From a virus (Duplodnaviria > Caudoviricetes), in IMG/VR virus record IMGVR_UViG_3300020045_002142, positions 1-46,968 of that record: DNA of 46,968 nucleotides. One strand, given 5' to 3'. This document shows positions 1 through 8,290 of this stretch, in pieces. Position numbers and translations under genes: made by a program. Each line of letters opens with the position of its first letter. Position 1 is the stretch's first letter. The notes below the pieces were generated by a model that was given only the letters and a program-made list of their open reading frames with translations, searched no databases and was not told the origin of the DNA.

Positions 1-121
1 AACCGGAACCGTCACCGTCACCGGAACCGGAACCGGAACCGGAACCGTAACCGGAACCGTCACCGGAACCGGAAATAAACTTTTTCACTTTATTTTTTTT
101 CACAAATGCTCTCCTGTGAAA
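1..121. repeat. 121-bp terminal overlap, identical to 46848-46968 (circular assembly)
   Basis: Exact match of the window start and end, read by eye; implies a 46,847 bp circle or circularly permuted genome. Confidence 0.95.
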
Positions 122-458
122 TTTTGCTGCACGGAATCAACTCACAAACCCCGGTCAATGCGATTAATGGGTTCTTGGCATCTACCTTACATCCTTCTTT
201 CAAACCATTCTGAGCCACGCCAGAAAGTGCAATTCCGTCTTTGGCTTTCCATGACCACAAACGATTTGAATCCTTCAAAATAACCTCATCACCATCAAAA
301 CTCACGACTTCGCCAGCGTGTACGCCTGCACTGTAGCATCGGGCAATAACGTATTTTCCAACAAACGGATGCTGTGCTGGTGCTGGATTGTTTGGCATAG
401 ATCCAAACAGGGCCGCAATTTGTTTAAGTTGACCGTATGTCATTTCGTCGATGTTCAT
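90..458 (-). CDS. DUF6948-like phage protein (small beta-barrel)
   Basis: Motif GKYVIARCYSAGVHAGEV...LKDSNRLWSW...ALSGVAQNG; SD-like AAGGT upstream; across the circular junction it directly precedes the Gly-rich repeat ORF. Confidence 0.75.
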   Translation of the reverse strand: MNIDEMTYGQLKQIAALFGSMPNNPAPAQHPFVGKYVIARCYSAGVHAGEVVSFDGDEVILKDSNRLWSWKAKDGIALSGVAQNGLKEGCKVDAKNPLIALTGVCELIPCSKISQESICEKK

Positions 459-494
459 TTTTTACCTTTGTTGAATCCAAGATTGGATGAACGA

Positions 495-538
495 ATCATA
501 GTTGCTTTGCGCTACATTTTTACTAGGGGTTTTCCATA
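495..538 (-). promoter_or_regulatory. Putative leftward promoter (-10 TATGAT) with TGTAGCGCA box and TAGGGGTTTTCC motif
   Basis: atcata at 495-500, tgcgctaca at 508-516, tactaggggttttcc at 521-535; same layout as 7248-7292. Confidence 0.5.
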
Positions 539-572
539 ATTGACAACTTGAAAAGTTGTGCTATTGCTTTTT

Positions 573-601
573 TTGACAATAATTAGGGTAAACCCTAAAA
601 T
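573..601 (+). promoter_or_regulatory. Sigma70-type promoter for the sheath operon, with palindromic operator in the spacer
   Basis: TTGACA(573-578)-17 bp-TAAAAT(596-601); TAGGGTAAACCCTA at 584-597. Confidence 0.75.
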
Positions 602-653
602 GCCCTAAGCCATTCGGCTGAACTTTGCAAAGTTTAATTTTTTAGGAGCCACA

Positions 654-1988
654 ATGGCAACTCTTTCAGAAATAGTCAATGTCAGCATCTCGCTGAATAC
701 CACCGGGGTAGAGCGGGCTGATTTTGGCACGCCTATGGTAGTCGGAGGCCACATGGCTTTCACTAACCGCGTGCAGGCTTACACCCGCTATGACGATGCT
801 GTGGCCGCTGGCCTGCCCCCGTCCATTCTGGGCGCTGTGCGTGATGCTTTCTCGCAAACCCCGCACCCGCAAAAAGTAAAGGTCGGTCGCCGATCTGTGG
901 CAACTGCTCTTATCAATATCGTGGCTGCTAATTTGACGATTTACACGATCACGGTAGCCGGTACTTCGCCAGAGGCTTACACGTACACTAGCGATGCTAC
1001 TGCTACCGCCGCAGAGATTGCAACGGCTTTGGCTTTGGCTATCACTAGCGACACTAATGAGACGCTGACCGCTACCGCCATCGGTAATACGGTACAACTG
1101 GCGTGGGTTAGTCAAACAAACCTGCAAGCCGTGACGCTGGGTTCTAACTTGTCGTGGGGCGCCATCACTACCGTGGACACTGTAGCCGTCGATATGGCCG
1201 CTATCGTCATGGAAGACAACGCATGGTATGGCTTGATTAGCTCTGACCGCACTAAGCAGGTGCAACTTGATTTTGCCGCGTGGACTGAGACACAGAAAAA
1301 GCTGTTTGGTTTCGCGTCTGATGAAGCCGCCATCCTAACCCCAGGCGTAGCCACTGACGTTATCAGCGTTGCCAAGGATACCCGCTATTACCGAACCTAT
1401 GCGGCCTACAGTGCCAATGCAGCCACTCAGTACCCCGATGCAGCATGGATGTCTGCCGTGTTTCCACTGCAACCAGGTTCCGAGACTTGGGCTCTGAAAA
1501 AGCTGGGCGGCGTTACACCTGACAAACTGACAGCTACCCAGCGCAGCACCATTCTGGTCAAGGGTGGCAATACCTTCGAGTACTACCAAACCCAGATCGC
1601 GCTGACTAATCCGGGCAAAGTGGTGGCTGGTGAGTGGATTGACGTTATCCGGGGCCGAGATTGGCTGGAAGACTTGATTCAGACAAATATGACAATGCTG
1701 ATTATCAATCGAGCAAAGGTGCCTTACACAGATGCAGGTATTCAGCTTTGCGTGGCCAACTTGCGTAAGTCTTTGCAGCAGGGCATAAATGTTGGTTATA
1801 TCGCGCCGGATGAGGTTGACGAAAACGGCAAGACCGTGCCGGGCTTTACGATTACCGCGCCACTGTCGCAAAGTATTGATCCACTGATTAAGGCTTCGCG
1901 TGTTTTGACTCTGGAGTTTAGCGCCCGTCTGGCTGGGGCAATCCATGTGGTAAATATCAATGGCCGCGTAGGCTATGAACTGACTTAA
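654..1988 (+). CDS. Tail sheath protein (DUF3383 family)
   Basis: 444 aa; N-terminal IVNVSISL, GEWIDVIRGRDWL, KVPYTDAG, C-terminal LAGAIHVVNING; SD AGGAG; precedes the tube gene. Confidence 0.92.
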   Translation: MATLSEIVNVSISLNTTGVERADFGTPMVVGGHMAFTNRVQAYTRYDDAVAAGLPPSILGAVRDAFSQTPHPQKVKVGRRSVATALINIVAANLTIYTITVAGTSPEAYTYTSDATATAAEIATALALAITSDTNETLTATAIGNTVQLAWVSQTNLQAVTLGSNLSWGAITTVDTVAVDMAAIVMEDNAWYGLISSDRTKQVQLDFAAWTETQKKLFGFASDEAAILTPGVATDVISVAKDTRYYRTYAAYSANAATQYPDAAWMSAVFPLQPGSETWALKKLGGVTPDKLTATQRSTILVKGGNTFEYYQTQIALTNPGKVVAGEWIDVIRGRDWLEDLIQTNMTMLIINRAKVPYTDAGIQLCVANLRKSLQQGINVGYIAPDEVDENGKTVPGFTITAPLSQSIDPLIKASRVLTLEFSARLAGAIHVVNINGRVGYELT

Positions 1989-2000
1989 TAAGGATACACA

Positions 2001-2432
2001 ATGGCAACCTCTACTTACGACCCTACCAAACTAACGGTTATCGTCGGCGGCGTTATCGTCACCGGCTTTAGCGATGGCGACTTTATTACCGCCAAGCGCG
2101 ACGAAGACCTTTACATGAAACGCGTGGGCGCTGATGGCCATGTGGCCCGCGCCCGCAATGGTAACAAGTCAGGAACCATTGAAATCAAGCTGTTGCAAAG
2201 TTCGCCAGCGGTGAATGAAATTGCGGCACTGGTGGCGCTAGATAACTTTTTGTTTGACGGCGACATTCTTATCCCTATCGCCATTGTTAGCCCTGGTGAT
2301 GGTGCTGAATTGGTGGCAGCTACTCAGGCATGGCTTAAGACGCCGCCTGAGATGGTATTCGGCAAGGAAGTCGGAGAACGATCTTTCGTGTTTGATTGTG
2401 CTGATTTGAAAATGTCGCTTGGCGGCGTTTGA
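2001..2432 (+). CDS. Tail tube protein (DUF3277 family)
   Basis: TYDP..., GFSDGDFI, VGADG, SGTIEIKLLQSSP motifs; follows the sheath gene. Confidence 0.9.
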   Translation: MATSTYDPTKLTVIVGGVIVTGFSDGDFITAKRDEDLYMKRVGADGHVARARNGNKSGTIEIKLLQSSPAVNEIAALVALDNFLFDGDILIPIAIVSPGDGAELVAATQAWLKTPPEMVFGKEVGERSFVFDCADLKMSLGGV

Positions 2433-2457
2433 TTACTAAGTAATCTATCTAACACGG

Positions 2458-2493
2458 CCTCGGACAGTTAACTCTGTTCCGGGGTTTTTCTTT
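2458..2493 (+). terminator. Rho-independent terminator-like hairpin after the tube gene
   Basis: cctcggacag...ctgttccgggg followed by tttttcttt. Confidence 0.55.
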
Positions 2494-2523
2494 GGTAAAA
2501 TGAAAATATACATAGGAGAAAAG

Positions 2524-2982
2524 ATGCAAGCTGAAACTATCATAATCGGCCAGTCTGAATATACGGCCATGAAAATGAATGCATTTGAGGCTAACCGTAT
2601 TCTGTTGCGATTGAATAAAATAATCCTGCCAGTTATCGGTGGATTGACCAAGGGCAAGCAAGGTGGTTCTGTCAATTTGCTGGATGCTGACCTGAGCGAA
2701 GTCACCGGCATCATTGCCGAGAATCTCACAGAGGAAGTGATGGATACCATTGTTTTACCTATGTTCACCCAGTCTCGTGTTTACTTCGGTGAAAAGAAAG
2801 TATTCATCAAAGATGGCATGAGCATTAATCAGGCTTTCACGGCTGATAACTTATTTGATTTGTATGAGTTGGTTTGGGAAGTTTTGAAACTAAACTTTTC
2901 TACTTTTTTCTCCAAAACGGCGGGGCGCTTTGGGAACCTAACCGCCGGGGTTCAAACAGCGAAAAGCCTGCCGGTAAATTAA
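2524..2982 (+). CDS. Tail assembly chaperone
   Basis: Lies between tube and tape measure genes; SD AGGAG before ATG 2524; C-terminal VLKLNFSTFF. Confidence 0.8.
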   Translation: MQAETIIIGQSEYTAMKMNAFEANRILLRLNKIILPVIGGLTKGKQGGSVNLLDADLSEVTGIIAENLTEEVMDTIVLPMFTQSRVYFGEKKVFIKDGMSINQAFTADNLFDLYELVWEVLKLNFSTFFSKTAGRFGNLTAGVQTAKSLPVN

Positions 2983-3152
2983 GAGAAGATTTAGAGCAAG
3001 AGTTATGGATATGGCGTCCTATTCTTTCCCGCAAGGTTTCATTATCAGAGGTAAAGTCAGGTATATGTAGCGTTGATGATTTGATGCGTTTAAATGCATT
3101 ACTTGACATGACCGCTGATTACGAATCTCAAGCTATGGCTAAAAAAGACTGA
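2904..3152 (+). CDS. Tail assembly chaperone extension (probable -1 frameshift product)
   Basis: Overlapping ORF in the -1 frame (WIWRPIL...SVDDLMRLNALLD); slippery heptamer T TTT TTC at 2904-2910 in the chaperone frame. Confidence 0.65.
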   Translation, partial: FFLQNGGALWEPNRRGSNSEKPAGKLREDLEQELWIWRPILSRKVSLSEVKSGICSVDDLMRLNALLDMTADYESQAMAKKD

Positions 3153-3170
3153 GGCGGGTAAAATTAAAGC

Positions 3171-4850
3171 ATGGCAATTGTTCGTGAACTTATAACCCGC
3201 TTCGGCTTCAATGTCGATTCAACTACTAAAGTAGAAAGCAGCATTAACCGCTTATCCGGTATGCTGTCTGGCCTTGCTGCGTTTGCTTCACTACGGGCGC
3301 TGGCTGGCGTGGCTGACTCTATGCAGTCGCTGGAAGCTCGTATTGGGATGTTGCCGCAGACTATTGGCGACGTTGGGGCGGCGTTTAATGAGGTTTCTAA
3401 AAACGCAAGTGACAATCGTCAGTCGTTAGAGGCTTACGGTGCTTTTTATACCAAGGTCGGACAAGCTGCCAAAAATCTAATTACTGACCAAAGCGATTTA
3501 CTAAAGGTAACAAACACCATTAGTCAAGCATTGGTGGTGGGGGGGGCTACCGCTGCCGAGGCATCAAGCGCCATGCTCCAATTTGGTCAGGCTCTTGGTT
3601 CTGGCGTTCTGCAAGGCGAAGAATTCCGTGCCATGTCTGAAAGTGCTCCGCAGTATCTAGATGCGCTTGCGGAGTCCATGGGATACCCGCGTGAGCAGCT
3701 AAAAAAGATGGCTAGCGATGGAAAATTGACATCAAAGGCAGTGATTGAAGCTACTCTGAAAATGTCAACAATGTTTCAGGAAAAGTTTAGGCAAATGCCT
3801 ATGACCATAGGGCAAGCTACGACAATTATTAGTAACCGCTTTGGAACTATGGTTCAAAATATGAATCGTGAATCTCAAGTTGTGACTAATGTTGCTAACT
3901 TTCTTTTAAGTGGATTTGACAAAATAGAACAAGGTGCAAAATCATTTATTGAATTCGTGGGCGGTAGCTCCAACGCATTAAAAACCTTCGGCATTGCGCT
4001 AGCCGCATTGCTTGGCCCAATGGCCCTAGGTGGTCTGATTAGCTTGCTTGGAGCGGTATTTTCCATAGGTGGTTTGGTAGTAGGTGCGCTTGTTTTGCTT
4101 GGTCTTGCGATTGATGATATTTACACCTACATGGAAGGTGGAGATTCTATTTTTGGTGATTGGATAGCCAACATCAAAGCGGGCAGCGAAGGTTTTAAGA
4201 TGCTGGCCGTAGTGGCTATGGGCGTGCTGGGCGGTATTGCCACGCGGCTGGCTTATGTGGCAAGTATCTCGGCACTGACATGGGCGGCTAATACGGCTGG
4301 TGCGGTAGCTAGCTTTGCCGCGCAGTCGGGCGGGTCTGTGGCTAGCATGGCGGCGGTAGGGGCTAGCTACATTGCAATGGGCGCTACTGCGCTAGCTACT
4401 TATGCATCTATCGGCGTAGCGGCTATGAGTACGGGCATACAAATGGCGGCTGCTTGGGTTATTGGACTTGGACCTATTGCATGGGGTATTGCAGCAATTG
4501 CAGGTATTGGGACCGCTGTTTATCTATTATGGAATAACTGGGATACGGTAATGGGATGGATGGGCGATAAGGTCCAATGGGTGATTGACAAAGCACGGGC
4601 TTTGGGTGATGCCATTGGTTTTGGTTCGGCTGCTGGGCCATCTACTCCAAGCGTAGCGCCATCTACTGTTGCACAATCGGCGGCTACTGGGGGTAATACA
4701 AACGTGACTTCTAATCAGACTGTAAATCTCACAGTTCCCGCTGGTACACCAGAATCACAGCAAGCATTTTTGAAAGGTGCGGCTGGCGTACTTAAAACTG
4801 AAGGTGCGGATAAAAAGATGGCGCGTGATATGGCGACTGGGGGCTGGTAA
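3171..4850 (+). CDS. Tape measure protein
   Basis: Tape-measure N-terminal domain (AMLQFGQALGSGVLQGEEFRAM...GKLTS), Ala/Gly-rich hydrophobic middle; 559 aa. Confidence 0.92.
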   Translation: MAIVRELITRFGFNVDSTTKVESSINRLSGMLSGLAAFASLRALAGVADSMQSLEARIGMLPQTIGDVGAAFNEVSKNASDNRQSLEAYGAFYTKVGQAAKNLITDQSDLLKVTNTISQALVVGGATAAEASSAMLQFGQALGSGVLQGEEFRAMSESAPQYLDALAESMGYPREQLKKMASDGKLTSKAVIEATLKMSTMFQEKFRQMPMTIGQATTIISNRFGTMVQNMNRESQVVTNVANFLLSGFDKIEQGAKSFIEFVGGSSNALKTFGIALAALLGPMALGGLISLLGAVFSIGGLVVGALVLLGLAIDDIYTYMEGGDSIFGDWIANIKAGSEGFKMLAVVAMGVLGGIATRLAYVASISALTWAANTAGAVASFAAQSGGSVASMAAVGASYIAMGATALATYASIGVAAMSTGIQMAAAWVIGLGPIAWGIAAIAGIGTAVYLLWNNWDTVMGWMGDKVQWVIDKARALGDAIGFGSAAGPSTPSVAPSTVAQSAATGGNTNVTSNQTVNLTVPAGTPESQQAFLKGAAGVLKTEGADKKMARDMATGGW

Positions 4851-5476
4851 TGATTGGCTTTTATTACACCGGCTCAGGCGTTAGTACAGTAGTTTCTAAC
4901 AAGCTCTACTCGCTTGATTTTGATGCCACTTTAGATGAGTTGCATGAATGGAAAAATGAAGTAACTCAAAACCCGGTAGAAACCGGCGCGCCTATTACTG
5001 ACCACGTAATCGAAAAGTCAGATAAGCTAAGGCTGCAAGGTGTTATCACAAACAGCCCATTACGCGGAGAACTGGCTGGGCAATACTTTGGGGGTGATAC
5101 ACAATCCCCACGCATTCAAACGGCTTTTGATGCCATCCGTGCACTGCATAAATCACGTAATGCTGTTGTTGTTTACACTAAACATGCGGTTTATGACAAT
5201 ATGGTGATTGAATCTGTTTCAATACCGCGCAATGCTCAGATTGGTGAAGAAGTACAGTTCACTATGGAATTGGTTAATATCCGTCTGGTTAGCACCCAGA
5301 TGGTGACATTACCGCCAGGTATTAGCCCTAAAAAAGAAGCTAAGGCAGGTGGTAAAAATAGCCCTGCTGCTAAAAAAGCAGAGCCACAAAAAGCGGCTGG
5401 CAAAGTTGAAACAAAAGAGCCATCTAAGAGTGTTAGTAAATCCATGAGTGATAGCGTCGGAAAGTTTTTCAAATGA
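4850..5476 (+). CDS. Baseplate/tail tube initiator (Dit-like) protein
   Basis: DATLDELHE...VTQNPVETGAPITDHV motif directly after the tape measure gene. Confidence 0.8.
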   Translation: MIGFYYTGSGVSTVVSNKLYSLDFDATLDELHEWKNEVTQNPVETGAPITDHVIEKSDKLRLQGVITNSPLRGELAGQYFGGDTQSPRIQTAFDAIRALHKSRNAVVVYTKHAVYDNMVIESVSIPRNAQIGEEVQFTMELVNIRLVSTQMVTLPPGISPKKEAKAGGKNSPAAKKAEPQKAAGKVETKEPSKSVSKSMSDSVGKFFK

Positions 5477-5910
5477 TACTTACCGAAATACCACTACTAC
5501 CCGATACGACTGACCAGCTACTTGATGTAGTTTTGTCGGACAACCCCTACACTCTGCGCGTTCTTTGGAATGAGCGCGGCGGGTACTTTAGCTTGTCAGT
5601 ATATGAGCGTGACGGACTTGTAATTCTTGAAAATATAAAGATGGTTAAGAATTACCCACTGATTGGGCGGTTAAAAGATGTTCGCTTGCCAATAGGTGAA
5701 TTATTTTTCATTGACAACAAAAACAAAAATGAAAGACCAATATATGAATCAATCGGAACTGGTGATTATTCTTTTGTTTATTTTGTTCCTGATGATGTCG
5801 TTGCCGTGGAATCCGTAGTGGTCACTCCCGTGGCTGCTGTAAGTGGTAGCCTTTGGGATAGCGGGCTATCGGTGTGGGATGGCGGTTCTTCGCTGTGGGA
5901 TGGTGCTTAA
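5473..5910 (+). CDS. Baseplate protein (plug/DUF6983-like) with C-terminal WD(S/G) repeats
   Basis: EIPL...Q.LDVVL...YTLRVLWNER motif; synteny. Confidence 0.65.
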   Translation: MILTEIPLLPDTTDQLLDVVLSDNPYTLRVLWNERGGYFSLSVYERDGLVILENIKMVKNYPLIGRLKDVRLPIGELFFIDNKNKNERPIYESIGTGDYSFVYFVPDDVVAVESVVVTPVAAVSGSLWDSGLSVWDGGSSLWDGA

Positions 5911-6837
5911 ATGTCCCTATTTGATCGCGTAGCATCGCTAGTAATCGGCCAGCCGAATGGTAAAGCCGTGAAGATACGCGACTTGCGTTTTGCGTTCTCG
6001 ATTGAAAAAGGAAGTGGCGAGAATCCGAATTCTTGCACATGCCGAATCTTCAATCTGAACCCAGATTCCCGCGCATTGGTAGAAACAGTTAATAACGTCC
6101 TGATTCTTAAAGCTGGCTACCGTCTTGACGTGGGCGAACTGACTATTTTTACTGGAACTGTAACGCGAGCCATTACCAAGCGTGAGGGTGCAGACTGGGT
6201 TACAGAGTTGGAAATGCTGGACGGAGGGCTAGAGTACCGTGATAAAAAAACATCGTTTAGCTTTGCACCTGGTGCCACTGGTCAAACAGTTTTAACCAGT
6301 ATTGCAAACACCTTCGGCCTACCGGTACGGCCATTACCCGTCGATATAGCTGCGAAGCAATACACCGAGGGCTTTGCATTCGTTGGGCGCTCACGCGAAG
6401 CTATGGCGAAGGCTTGCGATTATCTTGGGCTAGAGTGGTCGATTCAGAATCGAGAAATGCAGATTCTGAAAAAAGGCAAAGCAGTTGCTATGCAGGCGTT
6501 TGTTCTATCGCCGGATACCGGGCTAATCGGTTCACCGGAATCAGAGCATAAAACTCTGAGTGAAAAGGCGGCAGCTAAAAAAGGTATCACTGAAAATCAA
6601 AATGGCGTGCGCGTGACTTTTGGCACAGACGAAGCTAGCGGAGACAAGGATAAAAAGCTAGAGGTGCAGGGCTGGAAGGTTAAGACGTTGTTACAGCCAG
6701 CTATGCAGCCTGGTGGGTATGTCAGGCTAGATACCAAGTCTATTAAGGGTGAGTTTTTTAGAATCGAGGCTGTTACGCATAGCGGTGATACTCACGGCGC
6801 GGAATGGGAATCCGAACTTACCTTACGGTATGTATGA
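5911..6837 (+). CDS. Baseplate hub protein
   Basis: LRFAFSIEK...N...RIFNLN...LKAGY, WSIQN, LSPDTGLIGSP, HSGDTHGAEW motifs. Confidence 0.85.
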   Translation: MSLFDRVASLVIGQPNGKAVKIRDLRFAFSIEKGSGENPNSCTCRIFNLNPDSRALVETVNNVLILKAGYRLDVGELTIFTGTVTRAITKREGADWVTELEMLDGGLEYRDKKTSFSFAPGATGQTVLTSIANTFGLPVRPLPVDIAAKQYTEGFAFVGRSREAMAKACDYLGLEWSIQNREMQILKKGKAVAMQAFVLSPDTGLIGSPESEHKTLSEKAAAKKGITENQNGVRVTFGTDEASGDKDKKLEVQGWKVKTLLQPAMQPGGYVRLDTKSIKGEFFRIEAVTHSGDTHGAEWESELTLRYV

Positions 6838-6840
6838 AAG

Positions 6841-6926
6841 TTGATGGTGGCCATACCTTCCTAGCTGTGGGCGCCCTTTTGGGACGCCGTGGATTCGAAC
6901 CACTATTTACACCACTGCACCATCAA
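6841..6926 (-). ncRNA. Structured RNA module 2 (contains a T-arm; tRNA-like but not a canonical tRNA)
   Basis: 9-bp closing stem TTGATGGTG/CACCATCAA; GTGG-TTCGAAT-CCAC T-arm; GGCGTCCC-AAAA-GGGCGCC hairpin. Confidence 0.55.
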
Positions 6927-6988
6927 GTATGAGTCCGGGAACTTTAGCCGTAACAGTAAATGTTTGGCACCAGACTCATGCTTGATAG

Positions 6989-7116
6989 TTGATGGTGGCC
7001 GGTACTGATCTCCGGCTTATTTTCGAGGTCCACGCAATCAAGTTGCGCAGCGAGGCAGCGATTTAACCGTTAATGTCTGCCCTATTACGCGCATCAATCT
7101 GCGCATTCGCCATCAA
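6989..7116 (-). ncRNA. Structured RNA module 1 (multi-arm cloverleaf with kissing loops; possibly sRNA-Xcc1-like)
   Basis: Closing stem TTGATGGCG/CACCATCAA; arms ATGCGCA/TGCGCGT, GGCAG/CTGCC, CTGCGCAA/TTGCGTGG, GCCGG/CCGGC; loop sequences ATTGAT and ATCAGT are complementary. The family resemblance is from memory only. Confidence 0.65.
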
Positions 7117-7247
7117 GAAAACGGCCTATTAGTCAATGGTATCTGTGTATCATTGCATTGTGATGCCACAATTGACTAACAAAGCTAGGCCGCTTACTTG
7201 ATAGTCCCCGTATTTTCTGGGTGTCAGATATTTCTATCGAGGTCTGA

Positions 7248-7312
7248 ATCATACACCAAGACAAACACAATTTTTACTAGGGGTTTTCACTAATATCCAA
7301 ATACCGTAAAAT
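7248..7312. promoter_or_regulatory. Divergent promoter region: leftward -10 TATGAT for the RNA island, rightward -10 TAAAAT for the spike gene, TAGGGGTTTTCACTA motif between
   Basis: atcata 7248-7253; motif 7278-7292; taaaat 7307-7312. Confidence 0.5.
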
Positions 7313-7319
7313 ATGGTAA

Positions 7320-7943
7320 ATGGCTGAACAAATAGATTTCGTTGATGCTTTACGCAAATTGATCGACTCCAAGACGGGGGAGATAAACACGTCCCTGCCG
7401 GGCGTTATCGTTAGCTACGCCAGTGGCCGCGCCAGTGTGCAGCCTATTCCTAAAAAGCGTTACGCAGACGGCGATGTTCTGCCGTTTCCTATTCTCCAAA
7501 ATGTGCGCGTGTGCTGGCCTAGCTTTGCTGGTGGTATGGCTGGCGTTAAAGGGCCAATCATGCCGGGTGATAAGTGTCTGATTGTGTTCTCGCAGCAAGC
7601 TGTGGACGGCACGGACGATATGCGGCGCTTTGATATTTCAGACGCTTACGTTATCCCTTGCGATCTTGGGACCGCTGGCCCTGGTGATAGTGGAAATAAT
7701 GCGGACCTAACCATGTTCTACGGGACTGGTTCGATTCGGATTGGTGCCGGTGGGGCTATGACAATTACCGCGCCTGGTGGCGTGACTATCACAGCGCCGA
7801 GTGTTTCCAATAGCGGTACGCTGACTAACACTGGCGCAGCTACGCTGACTGGTGGGGCGTCTATTGGGGGTATTCCATTCTCTACTCACAAGCACAATGG
7901 CGTTCAAACTGGTGTCGGTGTATCTGGTGGGCCTACAGCATGA
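7320..7943 (+). CDS. Baseplate central spike (Gp138-like membrane-puncturing protein)
   Basis: INTSLPGVIVSY...VQP, GDKCLIVFSQ, RRFDISDA and C-terminal HKHNGV metal-binding motif. Confidence 0.88.
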   Translation: MAEQIDFVDALRKLIDSKTGEINTSLPGVIVSYASGRASVQPIPKKRYADGDVLPFPILQNVRVCWPSFAGGMAGVKGPIMPGDKCLIVFSQQAVDGTDDMRRFDISDAYVIPCDLGTAGPGDSGNNADLTMFYGTGSIRIGAGGAMTITAPGGVTITAPSVSNSGTLTNTGAATLTGGASIGGIPFSTHKHNGVQTGVGVSGGPTA

Positions 7944-8290
7944 TTGATTTAGCATTGGACCCGCTGACTCATGATTTATATTTACTAGATAATGATTTAG
8001 TAATGATGGATGGTGCGGAGCGAGTGCGACAACATCTCGCCATTAAGCTCAAATTGTGGACCGGTGAATGGTTCCTTGATACCGAGTTTGGCACGCCTTA
8101 CACTGCTGAGATTCTAGGTAAGCAGATTAGCCTTGCTGGATCTGTAGCATCGCTTAAAACGTCTATTCTTTCGGTTGATGGCGTGGAGAGTATTACCCGG
8201 TTCACGTTTGACTTTAACCGCTCTGCGCGGGATTTAAGTGTAGATTTTGACGTGCAAACACCTTTCGGATTGATTACATATGCCTCTTAA
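7940..8290 (+). CDS. Baseplate wedge protein (gp25/DUF2634-like)
   Basis: LKLWTGEWFLDTEFGTPY motif; ATGA coupling to the spike gene. Confidence 0.82.
   Translation: MIDLALDPLTHDLYLLDNDLVMMDGAERVRQHLAIKLKLWTGEWFLDTEFGTPYTAEILGKQISLAGSVASLKTSILSVDGVESITRFTFDFNRSARDLSVDFDVQTPFGLITYAS

Noticed and set aside
6841-6926. Canonical tRNA gene
   Set aside because: T-arm present, but no acceptor/D/anticodon arms in the correct order.
6838-7205. CRISPR or mini-CRISPR array linked to the Cas4-like gene
   Set aside because: Only two units, short repeats, unequal and highly structured inserts; the Cas4-like nuclease sits in an ordinary Sak4-SSB-helicase recombination module.
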